Position numbers and translations under genes: made by a program. A stretch of 64,000 nt of DNA from Spirochaetales bacterium (lineage in GTDB: Bacteria > Spirochaetota > Spirochaetia > Treponematales > UBA12059). Positions 61,957 through 64,000 of this stretch are shown one piece after another. Numbering within the stretch: the stretch's first letter is position 1; every line of letters starts with the position of its first letter. The DNA lies in the NCBI GenBank assembly GCA_016928955.1, contig JAFGJV010000014.1, positions 6,014 to 70,013 of the forward strand, in the 5' to 3' direction. The notes below the pieces were generated by a model that was not told the origin of the DNA, made no database searches, and saw nothing but the letters and a program-made list of their open reading frames with translations.

Positions 61957-63999
61957 TTATTGGTGCTCCTCGGCGTCTTCCACGCCGCCGGACGCCTCAT
62001 CTACGGCCTTGCGGGTCTTGAACCTGGACGTGCTCTGACGTATGCCCACTGCCGTGTCAGCGTTCTCCCTGGACAGCTCGGTCAGCTTGGACGCCGAATC
62101 GTCTATGCCCTGTATGCCCAGGGCTATCTCATCCGCCGCATTCCGGTTCTCGGCGGCCAGGTGCCTGACCGCGTCCACCGTCTGGGCTATGGCCTGCGAG
62201 CCGGACCGGAGGCTCAAGGCGGCTCCCGACAGGTTCTTTTCCGTGCTGTCCAGTTTTTCCAGGGCATCCGTTATTTCCCGGCTTTGGGCGGCCATGTCGG
62301 CCAGGCCGCTGGACACGGATTCCAGCTCCCGGCTCAGGCTCTCCACGGCTTCCGTCACAGACGCCATGGCCTCGTTGGTTTGGGCCGTTGTCTGGGCGGC
62401 CTCCTCTATGGCCGTAACCGTGTCGGCAATGGTGGAGCTGATGCCGTGGGCATTTTCCGCCGTGCTTTCGGACAATTTGCGGATTTCCTCGGCCACCACG
62501 GCAAAGCCCCTGCCTGCCTCGCCGGCGTGGGCCGCCTCTATGGCCGCGTTCATGGCCAGGAGCCTGGTCTGTTCGGCTATGCCGTCTATGATGCCAACCA
62601 GTTCGAGGGTCTGCTCGGCGCTGGCCTGCATGCGCTTCATGGCTTCGCCCGCGCCCTCGGCCTGGTCCCTACCCGACGCGCTGATGTCCGATACGCTGGC
62701 GGCAAGGGTGCGCTGGTTGTCGGACCGGGCGGCCATGTCCTTGAGCCGGATGATAGTGTTTTCTATCTGGCCGCGAGCCTGGTTGAGGGCGCTTTCAAGC
62801 TCGCCCACCGCGGACAGGACCGTGGAGCTGGCCTCCGACACGGCGGTTTCCGCCTTTTCGGCGTCGCCAGCGGACAGGTCCAAACGCTCGGTCTGGACTT
62901 TCATGGACGAAATATTGGCGCTGATCTGGGTGATGGTGGCTGCCGTTTCCGTTGCGTGGGCGGCAAGCGATTCCGACGACCGGGCGCTGGTGGCGGCAGC
63001 CTCGGCAAGGTCGTCCACGATGGCGCTCAGTTTGGAATTCAGCTCTCCAAGGGCACGCTGTATGCCGCCGATCTCGGTGTGGGACGTAACCTGGATGTCC
63101 GCCGTCAGGTCGCCCTGCGCAAGGGTCTGCATGGCCTTCATGATGCCGCCCACGTCTTTCATGACCCCGCGCATGAGTATGTACAGGACCACGATGCCTA
63201 TGCCAAGGGCCACCAGGGTGATGATGCCGGAAATCAGCATGGTCGCGCCCACGGTTTTCAGGGCGCTGGCCAGCGGTATGTACGAATAGATAGTCCAGTC
63301 CAGACCCCTGGAATCGCTGAATGGGCTGGAGCTGACAAAATATTTGGCTCCATCAAGGGTGATCTCGTGATACCAGGTATTGGAGTCCTCCGTGGCCGCC
63401 GCGCTTTCCCCGGATGCCTCCGGACTTTCCGCCCCTTCTTCCCACTCCTGCGACGCCGCTGTGGTCACGTCCACGCTGGCAAAGCTTGACGCCATGACGA
63501 GTACGGGGTCCGAGCACTCGCTGGTCTTTATCCGCTGATCCGTACCGTCCACGGTGGCCGTTATCGGCGTGTCGTTGGACGCCGCGACCAGGTAGCCGGC
63601 GTTGTCAGCGATGGCGCATATAGCCCCGGAACCTTGGCTCGCCAACCTGAGCACGTCGCCAAGCGTGGCCAGCGGAAGGTCGGCGCCAAGGACGCCCCGC
63701 GCGTACCGGGCGCCGGGATAGACCGGCGTGTAGGGCGTTATCACCAGCCCCTTGGTCACCGAGTCAATGTATATGTCCGTCCAGCCGGACGCCCCGTCGG
63801 CCATGGCTCCCTGGTACCAGGGCCGGCTAGATGGGCTGAATTCCATCTGGTCGCCCACAGCGCCCAGTTCCCCGCCATCCAGCAGTTCCTGGAATACCAG
63901 GTAGGGCCCGGTGGTCTCGTCCTTGACGCCTACCAGATTTGCGCTCCGGGCCAGGTAGAGGGTGTGTTCGCGCTCGTCGCCGTAATACACGGTGTCCAC
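61957..63999 (-). CDS. Methyl-accepting chemotaxis protein with a Cache-like periplasmic domain; the N-terminus lies outside the window
   Basis: The frame is open to the window edge. It has a periplasmic sensor domain, a TM helix ([24 protein letters not shown]) and a HAMP domain. The signalling hairpin [31 protein letters not shown] is present. Confidence 0.9.
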   Translation of the reverse strand: MDTVYYGDEREHTLYLARSANLVGVKDETTGPYLVFQELLDGGELGAVGDQMEFSPSSRPWYQGAMADGASGWTDIYIDSVTKGLVITPYTPVYPGARYARGVLGADLPLATLGDVLRLASQGSGAICAIADNAGYLVAASNDTPITATVDGTDQRIKTSECSDPVLVMASSFASVDVTTAASQEWEEGAESPEASGESAAATEDSNTWYHEITLDGAKYFVSSSPFSDSRGLDWTIYSYIPLASALKTVGATMLISGIITLVALGIGIVVLYILMRGVMKDVGGIMKAMQTLAQGDLTADIQVTSHTEIGGIQRALGELNSKLSAIVDDLAEAAATSARSSESLAAHATETAATITQISANISSMKVQTERLDLSAGDAEKAETAVSEASSTVLSAVGELESALNQARGQIENTIIRLKDMAARSDNQRTLAASVSDISASGRDQAEGAGEAMKRMQASAEQTLELVGIIDGIAEQTRLLAMNAAIEAAHAGEAGRGFAVVAEEIRKLSESTAENAHGISSTIADTVTAIEEAAQTTAQTNEAMASVTEAVESLSRELESVSSGLADMAAQSREITDALEKLDSTEKNLSGAALSLRSGSQAIAQTVDAVRHLAAENRNAADEIALGIQGIDDSASKLTELSRENADTAVGIRQSTSRFKTRKAVDEASGGVEDAEEHQ

Positions 64000-64000
64000 C

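Noticed and set aside
61960-63489. 509-aa and 415-aa plus-strand ORFs antisense to the MCP gene
   Set aside because: They are antisense artefacts. The MCP signalling hairpin on the minus strand is unmistakable.
1-64000. CRISPR arrays, transposases, prophage or known defence-system genes
   Set aside because: No regularly spaced direct repeats and no recognisable cas, transposase, integrase, restriction-modification, toxin-antitoxin or phage structural motifs were seen in any frame.

Overview
This is a 64-kb, high-GC (about 65% by eye), densely coding chromosomal segment. I call about 57 protein genes and one tRNA-Val(CAC). I found no rRNA, CRISPR array, transposase, integrase or prophage genes. 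The gene content looks spirochaete-like: an archaeal-type ProRS, a FadL/UPF0164-like outer-membrane protein with a TPR tail, two large SpoIIE/PP2C receptor phosphatases, an MCP, and a stand-alone EF-G paralog. This taxonomic call is an inference from gene content only. Recognisable blocks, in order: TIGR03546/TIGR03545 pair; proS; tRNA-Val; a 1054-aa TPR membrane protein; a long minus-strand array (P-loop NTPase, YfcE phosphoesterase, YihY-cNMP fusion, GGDEF cyclase, rnfD/G/E/A-like genes plus nqrF); M28 peptidase; DUF438/hemerythrin/PAS protein; aminotransferase; two putative outer-membrane proteins; rfbD-rfbB; a MacAB-TolC-type four-gene efflux operon; orphan EIIA(Ntr)-like protein; rlmE; bifunctional nuclease; 7TM-PP2C receptor; rhomboid; corA; rluA-family synthase; DUF72; amidohydrolase; a tightly coupled operon of TPR protein, 1560-aa BNR/HAMP/PP2C receptor and low-GC ABC exporter; yggT; yhbY; fusA paralog; partial MCP. 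The most interesting observations are four. (1) The TPR, giant receptor phosphatase and ABC exporter operon, whose exporter gene is compositionally foreign yet overlaps its neighbour by ATGA. (2) A dispersed family of low-GC, multi-hairpin intergenic repeats with at least two clearly homologous copies and compensatory base changes. (3) An Rnf/Nqr hybrid operon lacking any NqrA/RnfC/RnfB gene. (4) A YihY-cNMP-binding fusion translationally coupled to a phosphodiesterase next to a diguanylate cyclase. All functional calls rest on motif recognition by eye. No database search was run.
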